Origin: Alphaproteobacteria bacterium
GTDB lineage: Bacteria > Pseudomonadota > Alphaproteobacteria > GCA-2731375
Assembly: GCA_965225945.1 (NCBI GenBank)
Contig: CBDDBZ010000005.1
Location: 1-42,848, forward strand
Length of the DNA stretch: 42,848 nucleotides
Direction of reading: 5' to 3'
Shown here piece after piece: positions 28,791 through 39,138 of this stretch (its first letter is position 1; every line of letters starts with the position of its first letter). The notes beneath the pieces are model-generated. The model saw only the letters and a list, made by a program, of their open reading frames with translations, was not told where the DNA came from and made no database searches. The position numbers and the translations under genes are program-made.

Positions 28791-29093
28791 ATGAAGCTGG
28801 TCGAACTGGCCACGGTCGTGCGCTCCAAGAACGCAGGCCCGTTGAAGATCACCATCGACATCATGTTCGAGACGGCGGAGGCCTACGAGCGCGCGCGCAC
28901 TTCACCGGCTCTCTCGACGAGCGCGATCGCTGCCTACTACGGCTTGCGTCAGGGGGCGATCGAGGTCCTGCCCTATCCCCAGGCGAACGCGATCAAGCTG
29001 GTGATGAATCGCCCCGTCATTGCCGGCAGCCCCGGCGACAGCGACGTTTACGGCGCGCAGCAACATCGCCCGCTGTTGGAAGTGGAGGTCTAA
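28791..29093 (+). CDS. DUF4387-like small protein
   Basis: VVRSKNAGP..ITIDIMF and GDSDVYGAQQH.PLL. Confidence 0.82.
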   Translation: MKLVELATVVRSKNAGPLKITIDIMFETAEAYERARTSPALSTSAIAAYYGLRQGAIEVLPYPQANAIKLVMNRPVIAGSPGDSDVYGAQQHRPLLEVEV

Positions 29094-30494
29094 TTGAGCG
29101 CCATCGAGCGACTACGCGATCGCTTCGCGAACGGAGATTCGGACCGCCCCTTGAAGGCGATCTCGGCCTCCGGCCAGCTCGGCTACGGCGTGCTGGAGCC
29201 GGCGTTTCGCGCCGGCCTGGCGCGCGAGCCGGATTTCATCGGCGCCGACATGGGCTCGACCGATCCGGGCCCCAACTATCTCGGCACCGGCCTGATGGCG
29301 ACCTCGGAGGCGACCACGACGCGCGACTTGCGACTGCTGCTGAATGGCGCCCGGAAAAGCGACACGCCCCTGATCATCGGCAGCGCCGGGACCGCGGGCG
29401 CCCGGCCGCATCTGGACGCGACGCTCGACGTGGTGCGCCGAATCGCGCGGGAGGACGGGCTCCATTTCCGCTTGGCCGTGGTCAGCGCCGATATCGACAA
29501 GGCGGTCGTCAGCCGCGCCGCACTCGATGGCCGCCTGACCCCGCTCGCCGACAACATCGAGGCGGGCGCGGCGGACATCGACGCCTCGAGCCATATCGTC
29601 GGGCAAATGGGGACGGAGGCGATCTGCCGCGCGCTGGAGACGGGTGCCGACGTCGTCATTACCGGCCGGGCCTGCGACACGGCGATCTACGCGGCGATCC
29701 CGAGGCTCCTCGGCTACCCCGAGGCCAACTCGATGCACATGGCGAAGATCATCGAATGCGCCTCGCTCTGCTGTACGCCGGGGGGACGCGATTCCATGCT
29801 CGGTACGCTGGACCATGGCGGTTTCGTGCTGGAGAGCATGAACCCGGAACGGCACGCGACGCCGATGTCGGTGGCGGCGCACGGCCTCTACGAGCAGGCG
29901 ACCCCCTATCTCGTCATCGAGCCCGAGGGGACGTTGCATCTCGAAGCCGTCGCCTACAGCGCCCTCGACCCTCACCGGACGCGGGCGGAAGGCGCCGAGT
30001 GGCGCCCTGCGGAACGCCTCACGGTGAAGCTCGAGGGTGCCGCACCGGTCGGCGAGCGGATGCTGCTGTTGGCCGCCAGCGCCGATCCCCGCTTCATCGC
30101 CGCTCTCGACGAGATCCTGCCGGCGGTGGCGGCCGTGGTGGCGGAAATCGTGCCGCCCCGCGCGGTTGCCCCCTACCGGCTCGACTTCCGCGTCTACGGC
30201 CGGGGCGCGGTCTCGCTCTGGGGCGGGAGCGATGAGCGCGAGCCGGCCGAGGTCTTCATCCTGGCCGAGGTGCTGGCGGAGACCTTGGAGGAGGCGAAGA
30301 CGGTCGCCGCCGCCACCAAACAGTATCTCCTGCACCACGGCTTCCCGGGCCGTCTCTCGACGGCGGGCAATCTCGCCTTCCCCTTCACCCCGCCGGAGGT
30401 GGCCTTCGGCACCGCCTATCGCTTCAGCCTTTATCACGTCATGGAGGTCGACGCCCTGGCCCCGCTCTTCCCCGTGGAGACGGAAGAGATCTGA
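29094..30494 (+). CDS. AtuA-family (acyclic terpene utilisation) protein
   Basis: GQLGYG, IGADMGSTDPGPNYLG, IGSAG.AG, GQMG.E, ADVVITGRACD, H.AKIIEC; TTG start adjacent to the upstream stop. Confidence 0.82.
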   Translation: MSAIERLRDRFANGDSDRPLKAISASGQLGYGVLEPAFRAGLAREPDFIGADMGSTDPGPNYLGTGLMATSEATTTRDLRLLLNGARKSDTPLIIGSAGTAGARPHLDATLDVVRRIAREDGLHFRLAVVSADIDKAVVSRAALDGRLTPLADNIEAGAADIDASSHIVGQMGTEAICRALETGADVVITGRACDTAIYAAIPRLLGYPEANSMHMAKIIECASLCCTPGGRDSMLGTLDHGGFVLESMNPERHATPMSVAAHGLYEQATPYLVIEPEGTLHLEAVAYSALDPHRTRAEGAEWRPAERLTVKLEGAAPVGERMLLLAASADPRFIAALDEILPAVAAVVAEIVPPRAVAPYRLDFRVYGRGAVSLWGGSDEREPAEVFILAEVLAETLEEAKTVAAATKQYLLHHGFPGRLSTAGNLAFPFTPPEVAFGTAYRFSLYHVMEVDALAPLFPVETEEI

Positions 30495-30543
30495 AGAACA
30501 GGAAACAAAAGATCCGGGTCCATAATAGCTCCACGGCCGCCGC

Positions 30544-31719
30544 TTACGCCGCGAGCTCCAGGATCTCCATTACCTGAGCCGGGCCGTCGATGGGGCGCGG
30601 GTTGCGCGGCACCCAGGGCGTGCCCATCGCCTGTTCGGCGATGCGCTCGAAGTTCTCGCGCCCGACGTCGACGGCACCGAGGCTGCGTGGCATGCCGAGG
30701 CCGGCGATGAAACGGTCCAGCACGTCGCCGGCATCCTCGCCCGCATGGCCCATCGCGGCGGCGACCAGCTCTTGCCGCTCTGCGTTCGCCCGCTTGTTCC
30801 AGCGCATCACCGCCGGCAGCATGATGCAGGAGGTGTGACCGTGGGGTACGTCGAAAACCGCGCCCAACACGTAGCCGATACCGTGGCTCGCGCCCATGGG
30901 CACGCCGCTCGCCAGGGGCGCTATGGAAAGCCAGGTGCCCATCTGGCAATCGAGCCGCGCCTCCAGGTCGCTCGGTTCGGCCTTGACCCTGGGCAGGCCG
31001 CTCGACAAGAGCTTTAGGCCCTGCAAGGCCTGGGCGTCGCCGAAGGCGTTGGCCTCGGCCGCGCAGGTGCCTTCGACGCAATGGTCGACCGCGCGGATGC
31101 CGGTCGACAGCCACAGCCATTCCGGCGTGTGAACGGTCACGGCCGGATCCAGGACGACGGCGTGCGGGATGATGCCGGGGTGGCGGATCAGTTCCTTGAT
31201 CCGGGTGCGCTCGTCGGTGACGCCGGAGATGGCGCTGAACTCGCCGCCCGACAGTGTCGTCGGCACGGTGATCTGCTTGATCGTCGGCGCCTTGACGCCA
31301 TCCGCCGGCCCCGGCGTACCGTCGGGGCGGGCGACGGGGCGTAGCGCGTCGATCCCCTCGCTCGTGTCGACGTCGTTGGCGAGGCACAGCATGACCGCCT
31401 TGGCGCCGTCGGTGATGGAACCGCCACCGATGGTGACGATCAGGTCCGCGCCAGCCTCGCGCGCGGCCGCCGTGGCCCTGATCACGTCGGCCCTGGGGGT
31501 GTGCGGGGCCATGTCGTCGAAGCTACCCGAGCAGTTGTTGCCGAGTGCGCGGCGGACCGTTCCGATCTCGTCCGTCTTGTTGTTCAGCGTGTTGGAGACC
31601 ATGAGGAAGACGCGGCTGGCACCCAGCTTGCGCGCCTCCTCGGCGACGACCTCGGCCGCCGGCCTGCCGAACGATACCGAATCCATGCGGCTGAAATTGA
31701 CCCGTCCCGTTTGCACCAT
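30544..31719 (-). CDS. Iron-containing alcohol dehydrogenase family (maleylacetate-reductase-like)
   Basis: TIGGGSITD, VPTTLSGGE, LDP, DHCVE, SHGIG..LGA...VPHG; ATG 31719 with a GGAG RBS. Confidence 0.9.
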   Translation of the reverse strand: MVQTGRVNFSRMDSVSFGRPAAEVVAEEARKLGASRVFLMVSNTLNNKTDEIGTVRRALGNNCSGSFDDMAPHTPRADVIRATAAAREAGADLIVTIGGGSITDGAKAVMLCLANDVDTSEGIDALRPVARPDGTPGPADGVKAPTIKQITVPTTLSGGEFSAISGVTDERTRIKELIRHPGIIPHAVVLDPAVTVHTPEWLWLSTGIRAVDHCVEGTCAAEANAFGDAQALQGLKLLSSGLPRVKAEPSDLEARLDCQMGTWLSIAPLASGVPMGASHGIGYVLGAVFDVPHGHTSCIMLPAVMRWNKRANAERQELVAAAMGHAGEDAGDVLDRFIAGLGMPRSLGAVDVGRENFERIAEQAMGTPWVPRNPRPIDGPAQVMEILELAA

Positions 31720-31920
31720 GGTGCTTCTCCCCGAACTCCGCCTCGGCCGCGCTCGCCGGCCAGTGGTGACAGTATATAGCCGTGTCTCCCGCTTTGCGGG
31801 TCGAGTGAGATCACCGCTGTCTTGCAAGCAACGGAGTCATCGTGCCTGCACCGTGAAAATGGGACATGCGAGAGGGCCGTCTGGCCGCCGCGCGCGGAGC
31901 GGTCAACCCGCGGTGGCCGA

Positions 31921-33249
31921 TCAGCCCATCACCAGGTTCGGCAGGAACAGCGCGATGTTCGGGAAATAGACCAGGATCGTGATCATCACGAACAAGGTGA
32001 CGACGAAGGGCGAGGCGCCGACGATGACGTCGTTCATCGAGCCACCACCACTGCGAATGCCGTGCACGATGTAAAGGTTGACGCCCACCGGCGGGGTGAT
32101 CAGCGCGGTCTCCAGCAATAGCGTCACCAGGATGCCGAGCCAGACCGGATCGAAGCCCATGGCGACCAGGATCGGCACGATCAGCGGCGTCGTCGTGATC
32201 AGCATGGAAAGCGTCTCCATGAAGCAGCCGACGGCGATGTAGAACAGAATGAAGACCCACAGCGTCTCCATCGGGGTCATGCCGAGGTTCTCGATGAAAC
32301 CGACGAGTTGCGCCGTCATGCCGACCATGCCGAGGACAAAATTCAGAAATAGCGCGGCGAAGATGATCAGCATGATCATCGCCGTTGTCCGGAGCGTGCC
32401 CTCGAACACCTCGCACATCATCGCGACGCTGAGCGAGCGGAAGCAGGCGGCCAGCACGATCGCGGCGACGACGCCCACCGAGGCCGCCTCCGTCGGCGTC
32501 GCCCAACCGGCGTAGATCGCGCCGACGACGACCACGAAGATGCCGAGCGGCGGCAGCAGATGCGGCAGCGAGCGCCAGCGTCCCTCCCAACTCGTCTCCA
32601 CTTTCGAACCACCCCAACTGGGCCGCCAGAGGACGAAGATGATCACCGTCACCATGAACAGGCTGGCCAGGATGAAGCCCGGGATGAAGCCCGCCAGGTA
32701 GAGCCGGGGTACCGAGGTATCGGTCAACAGGCCGTAAATGATGAGATTGATCGAGGGCGGGATCAGGATGCCGAGCGTGCCGCCCGCGGCAAGCGTGCCG
32801 AGGAACAAGGGCTCGTTGTAGCCACGCCGCTCGATCTCGGGATAGGCGACGGTGCCGACCGTCGCCGCGGTCGCCACGGAGGAGCCGGAGGAGGCGGCGA
32901 AGATAGCGCAGGAGCCGATGTTGGAATGCATCGTGCCGCCAGGCAGCCAGGAAAGCCACTGCACCATCGCGCCATACATCCGCTCGGCGATGCCGGCGCG
33001 CAGCAGCACCTCGCCCAGCATGATGAAGAGCGGAATGGCGACGAGCACGTATTCGACCGCGTTCTGCCAGATGATTTCGCCGAAGGCCCGATGCAGCACC
33101 GCGTCCGGGCCCAGCTGCGCCCATTGCAGGATGAGGCCCAGCCAGGCGAGCGAGGCCGCGACGGGAACGCTCGCGGCCAGGAGGACGAGAAGGACAGACC
33201 CCGTGAAGACGAGCAGCGCCGTGCCGGCGAACGGGCCCACGTCAATCAC
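31921..33249 (-). CDS. dctM: TRAP transporter large permease
   Basis: AIPLFIMLG, FAASSGSSVATAAT, GGTLGILIPPS, TPTEAA, ITPPVGVNLY. Confidence 0.95.
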   Translation of the reverse strand: MIDVGPFAGTALLVFTGSVLLVLLAASVPVAASLAWLGLILQWAQLGPDAVLHRAFGEIIWQNAVEYVLVAIPLFIMLGEVLLRAGIAERMYGAMVQWLSWLPGGTMHSNIGSCAIFAASSGSSVATAATVGTVAYPEIERRGYNEPLFLGTLAAGGTLGILIPPSINLIIYGLLTDTSVPRLYLAGFIPGFILASLFMVTVIIFVLWRPSWGGSKVETSWEGRWRSLPHLLPPLGIFVVVVGAIYAGWATPTEAASVGVVAAIVLAACFRSLSVAMMCEVFEGTLRTTAMIMLIIFAALFLNFVLGMVGMTAQLVGFIENLGMTPMETLWVFILFYIAVGCFMETLSMLITTTPLIVPILVAMGFDPVWLGILVTLLLETALITPPVGVNLYIVHGIRSGGGSMNDVIVGASPFVVTLFVMITILVYFPNIALFLPNLVMG

Positions 33250-33859
33250 CCCCCCTTTCGACCAACCGGCGTTCGCGCGCCAGGTCGGCCTCGGCTCGCG
33301 CCTTCTCCTCCGCGATCTCCTCTTCCAGGCCGCGGGCGCCGACGAGCTGGGTGATTCGCGCGCTGTCGCCCTGGAGGATCGCGACCACCAGCCTGACGAA
33401 AATTAACAAGACGATGGCGATGGCAAAGATCAGACCGGCGAACCAGAAGCCCTGCGGCAAGGCCAGCGGGGTCACCAACGGCGTGATCGATACCGAAGAG
33501 TTCTCCCAGCTGTTGGAATAGACGTTGAAGGAACGCTCCGCCATGAACACCATGAGCCCGGCCAGCATGAGGAAGCCGACGACGTCGAGCGTGAGGCGAA
33601 CGATCCGAGGCAACACCAGATAAAGCGCGTCGATCCTGACATTGCCGCGGTTGAGCACGAGGAAGGCGTACGCGAAAGCGGTCGACACCGCGAACAGGTA
33701 ACCCGCGATCTCGTCGGCGCCGCCGAAGGAGAAGCTGATCAGCTTCCTCAGTACCACGTCCACCGTGGTGAAGCAGGCGGCGAACACCAACATCGCACCG
33801 CCGACCCAGACGAGCCATTGCGACATTCGCGTGGCCTTGTCGAGAAGGCGGTCCAGCAT
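33242..33859 (-). CDS. dctQ: TRAP transporter small permease
   Basis: Four TM segments; DVVLR, DEIAGY, GNVRID. Confidence 0.92.
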   Translation of the reverse strand: MLDRLLDKATRMSQWLVWVGGAMLVFAACFTTVDVVLRKLISFSFGGADEIAGYLFAVSTAFAYAFLVLNRGNVRIDALYLVLPRIVRLTLDVVGFLMLAGLMVFMAERSFNVYSNSWENSSVSITPLVTPLALPQGFWFAGLIFAIAIVLLIFVRLVVAILQGDSARITQLVGARGLEEEIAEEKARAEADLARERRLVERGGD

Positions 33860-33881
33860 GGCGTCTCCGCTATTTGTAAGT

Positions 33882-33913
33882 GCGGGCGCCGCCCCCCTCG
33901 AGGCGACGCCCGC
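33882..33913 (-). other. Intercistronic stem-loop after dctP
   Basis: gcgggcgccgcc-ccctcga-ggcgacgcccgc; a typical position for stabilising the binding-protein mRNA segment. Confidence 0.45.
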
Positions 33914-33937
33914 GATTCCGTCGAAGCCCAGTTACGA

Positions 33938-35002
33938 TTACTTGATGGCCTTCACGCCGATGACCTTGGCGACCGTGGCGTTCCAGTCGGAAACACACTC
34001 TTCACTGCAACGCTTCGCCCAGGCCTTGAGCACGAAGTCGGACAGGATGCGCTTGCGCTCCTCGAGGTCGGCGGGACCCGGATGCACCAGCTTCACCGAA
34101 CCCGGCTCGCCCTTGGTGCACTTGCCCACGCCCGACAGGCAGGCGAAGGCTTCTTTGTCCTCGGCCTCGGCGTTGGCCCATTGCTCGTCACCGAGCTTGC
34201 GATACTGCTTGAGGAAGAAGCTCTGCGTGTCCTTGTTGAGGCCGTTCCACTTCTTGTTGCTCATCGCCGCGAAGCCGAGGCCGGCGCCGACGGGAAGCAA
34301 CATCGCGTGGGTGATGACCTCGTGCCACTTGGCCTGGAAGGCCGGCATGGTGCCGGTGATGCCGCAGTCGGCGACACCCTTCTGCAAGGCCGGAACCACC
34401 TCGGCGAAGGAGATCGTGACCGAGGTGCCGCCGACGCCGTTCACGAAGTCACCCAGCGTCGTGGAATAGACCCGGATCTTCTTGCCCTTGAGGTCGCTGA
34501 GCTTGTCGACCGGCGAGTTGCACCAGATCATCTGGCTCGGCCAGCGGAAGGTGTAGAGGTACTTGGCGCCGAAGACCTTATGGAATCGCTTGATGATCAC
34601 CGGCTCGTAAGCCTCGACCACCCTGCGAGCCTCGGCGAAATCCTTGGAGACGCTCGACAGATCCACGCCTTCCAAGGTCGGATCTTCCGAGGCCACATAG
34701 CCATAGACGCCATGGCTGACGTCGAAGACGCCGAGCTTCAGCAGCCGCATCACCTCCCAGCCCTTGAGGCCGAGCTCGGTGATCGGGTTGAGCTGGGCCT
34801 TGATCTTGCCGCCGGAGGCCTTGGGCAGGCGGCTTTGATAGAAGGGCTTCTCGTAGTCGTAGTAATTGGTCAGGTTGGCCCAGGTTCCCACCACCTTGAG
34901 GCTGGTTTTCTGGACCTCCGCCGTCGCGGCGCTCGCCGCCAGCGCGAAGGCGCCGCCGGCGAGAATGGCCGTGGCGCGCGAGAGGATCTTCCTCGCCATC
35001 AT
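33938..35002 (-). CDS. dctP: TRAP transporter periplasmic substrate-binding protein
   Basis: Signal peptide; DLKGKKIR, FAEVVPALQKGVADC. Confidence 0.93.
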   Translation of the reverse strand: MMARKILSRATAILAGGAFALAASAATAEVQKTSLKVVGTWANLTNYYDYEKPFYQSRLPKASGGKIKAQLNPITELGLKGWEVMRLLKLGVFDVSHGVYGYVASEDPTLEGVDLSSVSKDFAEARRVVEAYEPVIIKRFHKVFGAKYLYTFRWPSQMIWCNSPVDKLSDLKGKKIRVYSTTLGDFVNGVGGTSVTISFAEVVPALQKGVADCGITGTMPAFQAKWHEVITHAMLLPVGAGLGFAAMSNKKWNGLNKDTQSFFLKQYRKLGDEQWANAEAEDKEAFACLSGVGKCTKGEPGSVKLVHPGPADLEERKRILSDFVLKAWAKRCSEECVSDWNATVAKVIGVKAIK

Positions 35003-35400
35003 GACGTCTCCCTATGTTTAAGTGTCGGGACCGTTCGGCCCCCAACTCGGTCCTCGGATAGCCCCCGGTCCCGGCGGCCATTGCCTCGTGGCCGGGGCTC
35101 GGAAGTCGCGCGCATTTAAGCTCGCCCGCGCGGCCATAGTCAAACGGCGACTGGAACCATCACCGCGCGAGATCGACGAGTCGCCAGGGAAGTCGAGCCG
35201 CCGCGGCGCCCGCGGCGAGCACGGCCGCCGCGCCGAACGCCGCCGCCAGCGCGGTACGGGCAAGTTTCAAAGACCTGTTTCCTCTCCCTAGTCACGACCC
35301 GCGACGGCGGGCCTAGGCGCACTATTGGGCAATTTGCTTGCGGTGGCGCGCGGCGCGATCCATCGTTCGGCAGGGCTACGAAATCGAGGAGGAACGTGCC

Positions 35401-36159
35401 ATGGCATCGCTCGAGAATAAGATCATCGTCGTCACCGGCGCCGCCTCCGGGATCGGCCGAGCGAGCGTGCTGAAGGCGCTTGGCGAGGGCGCCCTGATCA
35501 TCGCCGTCGATTCCGACCAGGCGGGGCTGGAGGGCTTGCGCGGCGAGGCCGGCGAGCGAATGACGCCGGCGCCCGGCGACGTCACCGACGATGGCTTCGC
35601 CCGCGCCGTGATCGAGCGGGCGGTGGCGGCGCACGGCCGGCTCGACGGGCTCGCCACCATCGCCGGCATCTCCGAGAGCGGGGTGGCGCTCTGCGCCATC
35701 GAGCCGGAGGTCTGGGACCGGATCTTCGAGATCAACGTCAAGGCGACGTGGCGCTGGATGTGCGCCGCCGTGCCGGCGATGCGAGCCGGCGGCGGCGGCT
35801 CGATCGTCACCGTCGCCTCCCAGCTCGCCTTCGCCGGGGGCCGGCTGAACGCCGCCTATATCGCCTCCAAGGGCGCGGTGGTGAGCCTGACCAAGACGGC
35901 GGCGGTCGAATTGGCGGAGGATGGCATCCGGGTAAATGCCGTGGCGCCGGGCGCCACCGACACGCCGCTGATGCAGCGTGGCCTCTCGCGCCAAGCGGAC
36001 CCGGCCGCGGCGCGCGAACGCTCGCGTGACCGCCACGCCATGCAACGCTTCGGCCGGCCGGAAGAGATCGCCAACGGGATCTGTTGGCTACTCTCGGACG
36101 AAGCCGGCTTCGCCACCGGTTCGACCTTGGTGCTCGACGGCGGCTGGCTCGCGGCGTGA
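35401..36159 (+). CDS. Short-chain dehydrogenase/reductase
   Basis: TGAASGIG, YIASK, IRVNAVAPG, LDGG; GAGGAGG RBS. Confidence 0.93.
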   Translation: MASLENKIIVVTGAASGIGRASVLKALGEGALIIAVDSDQAGLEGLRGEAGERMTPAPGDVTDDGFARAVIERAVAAHGRLDGLATIAGISESGVALCAIEPEVWDRIFEINVKATWRWMCAAVPAMRAGGGGSIVTVASQLAFAGGRLNAAYIASKGAVVSLTKTAAVELAEDGIRVNAVAPGATDTPLMQRGLSRQADPAAARERSRDRHAMQRFGRPEEIANGICWLLSDEAGFATGSTLVLDGGWLAA

Positions 36160-36206
36160 GCGTGCTAGAAACCCGAGGCGGATAGCGCGGGAGGCGCAAA
36201 CAAGCC

Positions 36207-36947
36207 ATGAACAGGTTCGAAGGCAAAGTGGCGCTGGTGACGGGCGCCGGCACCGGTATCGGCAACGCCACGGCAACCAGGCTCAAAGCCGAGGGCGCGA
36301 CGGTGGTCGCGGGCGTGGCGAACGAGGAACAACTGGGCGCCGTCGGCGAATTCGACGCCATCGTGCTCGACGTCACCGAGTTCGAAGCTTGGGAGCGCGC
36401 CCGCGAACATATCGAAGGCACGCATGGCGGCCTCGACGTGCTGGTCAACAACGCCGGCATCATCGAATTCGGCACCGTCGAGGAGACGACGGAGGAGTCT
36501 TGGTGGCGGGTGCTCGACGTCAATCTCGGCTCGGTCTATCGCGGCGGCAGAATCGCGGTGCCGATGCTACGCGCGCGCGGCGGCGGCGCCATCGTCAACC
36601 TGGCCTCGATCAACTCGATCCGGGGCAACAACCGCACGGCGGCCTATTCCGCCTCCAAGGGCGGCGTCCTGGGCCTCACCATGGCGATGGCGCTGGATCA
36701 CATCGACGACGCCATCCGGGTCAACTGCGTCTGCCCGGGCTCGATCGACACGGAGATGATCCAGAGCCTCTTCGCGAGCGCCAACGACGCCGAAGCGATG
36801 CGCCGGGCGGTGGTGGCGAAGCACCCGATCGGCCGGCTGGCGAGGCCCGAAGAGGTGGCGGCGTTGATCGCCTTCCTCGCCTCCGAGGACGCCTCCTTCA
36901 TGACCGGCCTGGCGGTGCCGGTCGACGGCGCGCGCTCGATCCGATGG
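36207..36947 (+). CDS. Short-chain dehydrogenase/reductase (no stop codon; reads on into the next gene)
   Basis: TGAGTGIG, NNAG, YSASK, IRVNCVCPG. The domain ends at VDGARSIR, followed by TGG rather than a stop. Confidence 0.85.
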
Positions 36948-37043
36948 TCGCCGAGCCGGAAGGGGCCGAGCGCCATATCGATCTCGGCGTCGGGCGGATC
37001 GGTGAAGCCATGCGGAAGCCGGTTGAGGACATTTGAGGCGATC

Positions 37044-39065
37044 ATGAGCGAGCAAATCATCCGCACGACCTGTCCGCGCGACTGCTACGACAGTTGCGGC
37101 ATCCGCGTGGTGTTGCGCGATGGCGCGATCGACCGGGTGACCGGCGATCGCGACCATCCGGGCAACCGGGGCTCGCTCTGCGGCAAATGCACGCTGGCCT
37201 ATAACGGGGTCTGGCGCGATCCCGAGGCGCGGCTGACGAGGCCGCTGAAACGTGTCGGCGCAAAAGGCGAGGGCGGCTTCGAAGCGGTCTCGTGGGAGGC
37301 GGCGCTAGCCGAGATCGCGGAGCGCCTCGGCCGCCTGATCGACGCGGACCGGGCGCACGATATCCTCACCGCGCACTACACCGGCACCTGCTCCCTCATC
37401 GCCAACCAGTTTCCGATGCGCTTCTTCAACCATATCGGCGCGAGGGAGGTGGAACCGGACTCGATCTGCAATCTCGCCGGCCACGTCGCGCTCCAGTATT
37501 TGATCGGGGAGAGCGCCACCGGCTTCGATCCGCGCACCGCCCGGGATTCAGAATGCCTGATCGTGTGGGGCGCCAACCCTTCGACGAGCGGCCCGCATGT
37601 CGACAAGCATTGGCTGGCGGAATTTCCAGGCACGCTGGTCGTCATCGATCCTATTCGGACGCCGACGGCGGCCCGGGCCGACATCCACCTCCGCCCCTTC
37701 CCCGGCACCGATTCCGCGCTGGCCTTCGCGATGGCGCACGCGCTTCGTGCCGCCGGGCGTCTGGACGAGGGTTTCATCCGCGACCACACGGTCGGCTTCG
37801 AGGACGTGGCGCCGCTGATCGAGGCCTGGCCGCCGGCGCGCGCGGCCGAGGCGAGCGGTGTCGCGGCCCAAGATATTGAACGCGCGGCGGCGGCCTACGG
37901 CGCGGGCCCGGCGATGCTCTGGCTCGGCCAGGCGCTCTGTCGCGGGCCCACCGGCGGCAACGCCTTCCGCGCCGCCGCCATGCTGCCGGCGCTGACCGGC
38001 AATATCGGCAAGCCCGGCACCGGCCTCTATTTCCTCAACGCCAAGGGCACGACGCGCGGCATGGACATGGGCTACCTCGGACGCGCCGACCTGCGCCTCG
38101 GCGAGGCCCGGACGCTCAGCCACATGGACCTCCGTTCCCACCTGGAGGCGAGCCCGCGCGACAAGGCGCTGCTGCTCTGGAACATCAACATCGCCGCCTC
38201 CAACCCCGACCAGGGGCGGCTGTTGGCGGCACTGCGCTCGGAAGAGCTCTTCTGCGTCGTCGCCGACCTCTTCATGACGGATAGCGCGCGGTATGCCGAC
38301 ATCGTGCTGCCGGCGGCGAGCTTCCTGGAGTTCGACGATCTCGTGGGCTCCTATTTCCACCTCTCGATCGGGCCGCAGACGAAGGCCGCCGAACCGCCGG
38401 GCGAGGCGCTGCCGAACCAGGAGATCTTCCGCCGCCTGGCCCGCGCCATGGCCTTGGAGGAACCGGCGCTCCACGAAGACGACACGGCGATCCTGGCCCA
38501 CATGCTGGCGCCGTTCGATCTGAGCTTCGAGGAGCTGAAGGCCCAGGGCACGATCTATCCCGAGGCCGAGCCGGTGATCCTCTGGGCCGATCTAGTTTTC
38601 CCCACACCCTCGGGCAGGATCGAGCTGGCGAGTGACCGCGCGGCGGCGGACGGCCATCCCCGGACCCCGCTGCCCGAGCCGCTGGCGCGACCGGCGGACG
38701 GCATGCTCCGCCTGCTGACGCCGGCCAGCGAGTGGCACATGAATTCGTCCTACGACAACGAGCCGAGAATTCGCGCGCGGACCGAGCCGGCGAGGCTCAC
38801 CCTCCACCCGGAAGACGCGGCGGCGCGCGACCTGGTGGCGGGCGACAGCGCCCGGGTCTGGAACGAGACCGGCGAGATCGCCATGGCCATCGCCGTCGAT
38901 ACGCTGACCCCGCCCGGCGTCGGCTGGGCGCCCAAGGGGCGCTGGCCCGGCCACGCGGCGGAGGGCTTGAACGTCAACGCCCTCAACCCCGGCCTGCGCA
39001 GCGACATGGGCGACAGCACGGCGCTCCACGGCGTCGAGGTCCGGGTCGAGGCGTCGCGGACTTGA
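37044..39065 (+). CDS. Molybdopterin (bis-MGD) oxidoreductase, cytoplasmic, with N-terminal 4Fe-4S motif
   Basis: TCPRDCYDSC..GSLCGK, RLTRPLKR.G, VWGANP, ADIVLPAA, LHPEDA; own GAGG RBS; no Tat motif. Confidence 0.9.
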   Translation: MSEQIIRTTCPRDCYDSCGIRVVLRDGAIDRVTGDRDHPGNRGSLCGKCTLAYNGVWRDPEARLTRPLKRVGAKGEGGFEAVSWEAALAEIAERLGRLIDADRAHDILTAHYTGTCSLIANQFPMRFFNHIGAREVEPDSICNLAGHVALQYLIGESATGFDPRTARDSECLIVWGANPSTSGPHVDKHWLAEFPGTLVVIDPIRTPTAARADIHLRPFPGTDSALAFAMAHALRAAGRLDEGFIRDHTVGFEDVAPLIEAWPPARAAEASGVAAQDIERAAAAYGAGPAMLWLGQALCRGPTGGNAFRAAAMLPALTGNIGKPGTGLYFLNAKGTTRGMDMGYLGRADLRLGEARTLSHMDLRSHLEASPRDKALLLWNINIAASNPDQGRLLAALRSEELFCVVADLFMTDSARYADIVLPAASFLEFDDLVGSYFHLSIGPQTKAAEPPGEALPNQEIFRRLARAMALEEPALHEDDTAILAHMLAPFDLSFEELKAQGTIYPEAEPVILWADLVFPTPSGRIELASDRAAADGHPRTPLPEPLARPADGMLRLLTPASEWHMNSSYDNEPRIRARTEPARLTLHPEDAAARDLVAGDSARVWNETGEIAMAIAVDTLTPPGVGWAPKGRWPGHAAEGLNVNALNPGLRSDMGDSTALHGVEVRVEASRT

Positions 39066-39138
39066 GGCCGCCCGCGGGTATCGCCGGGGCGTCGATCCAT
39101 GCTCTAATTTCAATTGCCGACAACGAGGAGGGCACGGC

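Noticed and set aside
37044-39065. Selenocysteine or formate dehydrogenase identity for the Mo enzyme
   Set aside because: There is no in-frame TGA; the likely ligand region reads DSICN, and no FDH partner subunits are adjacent.
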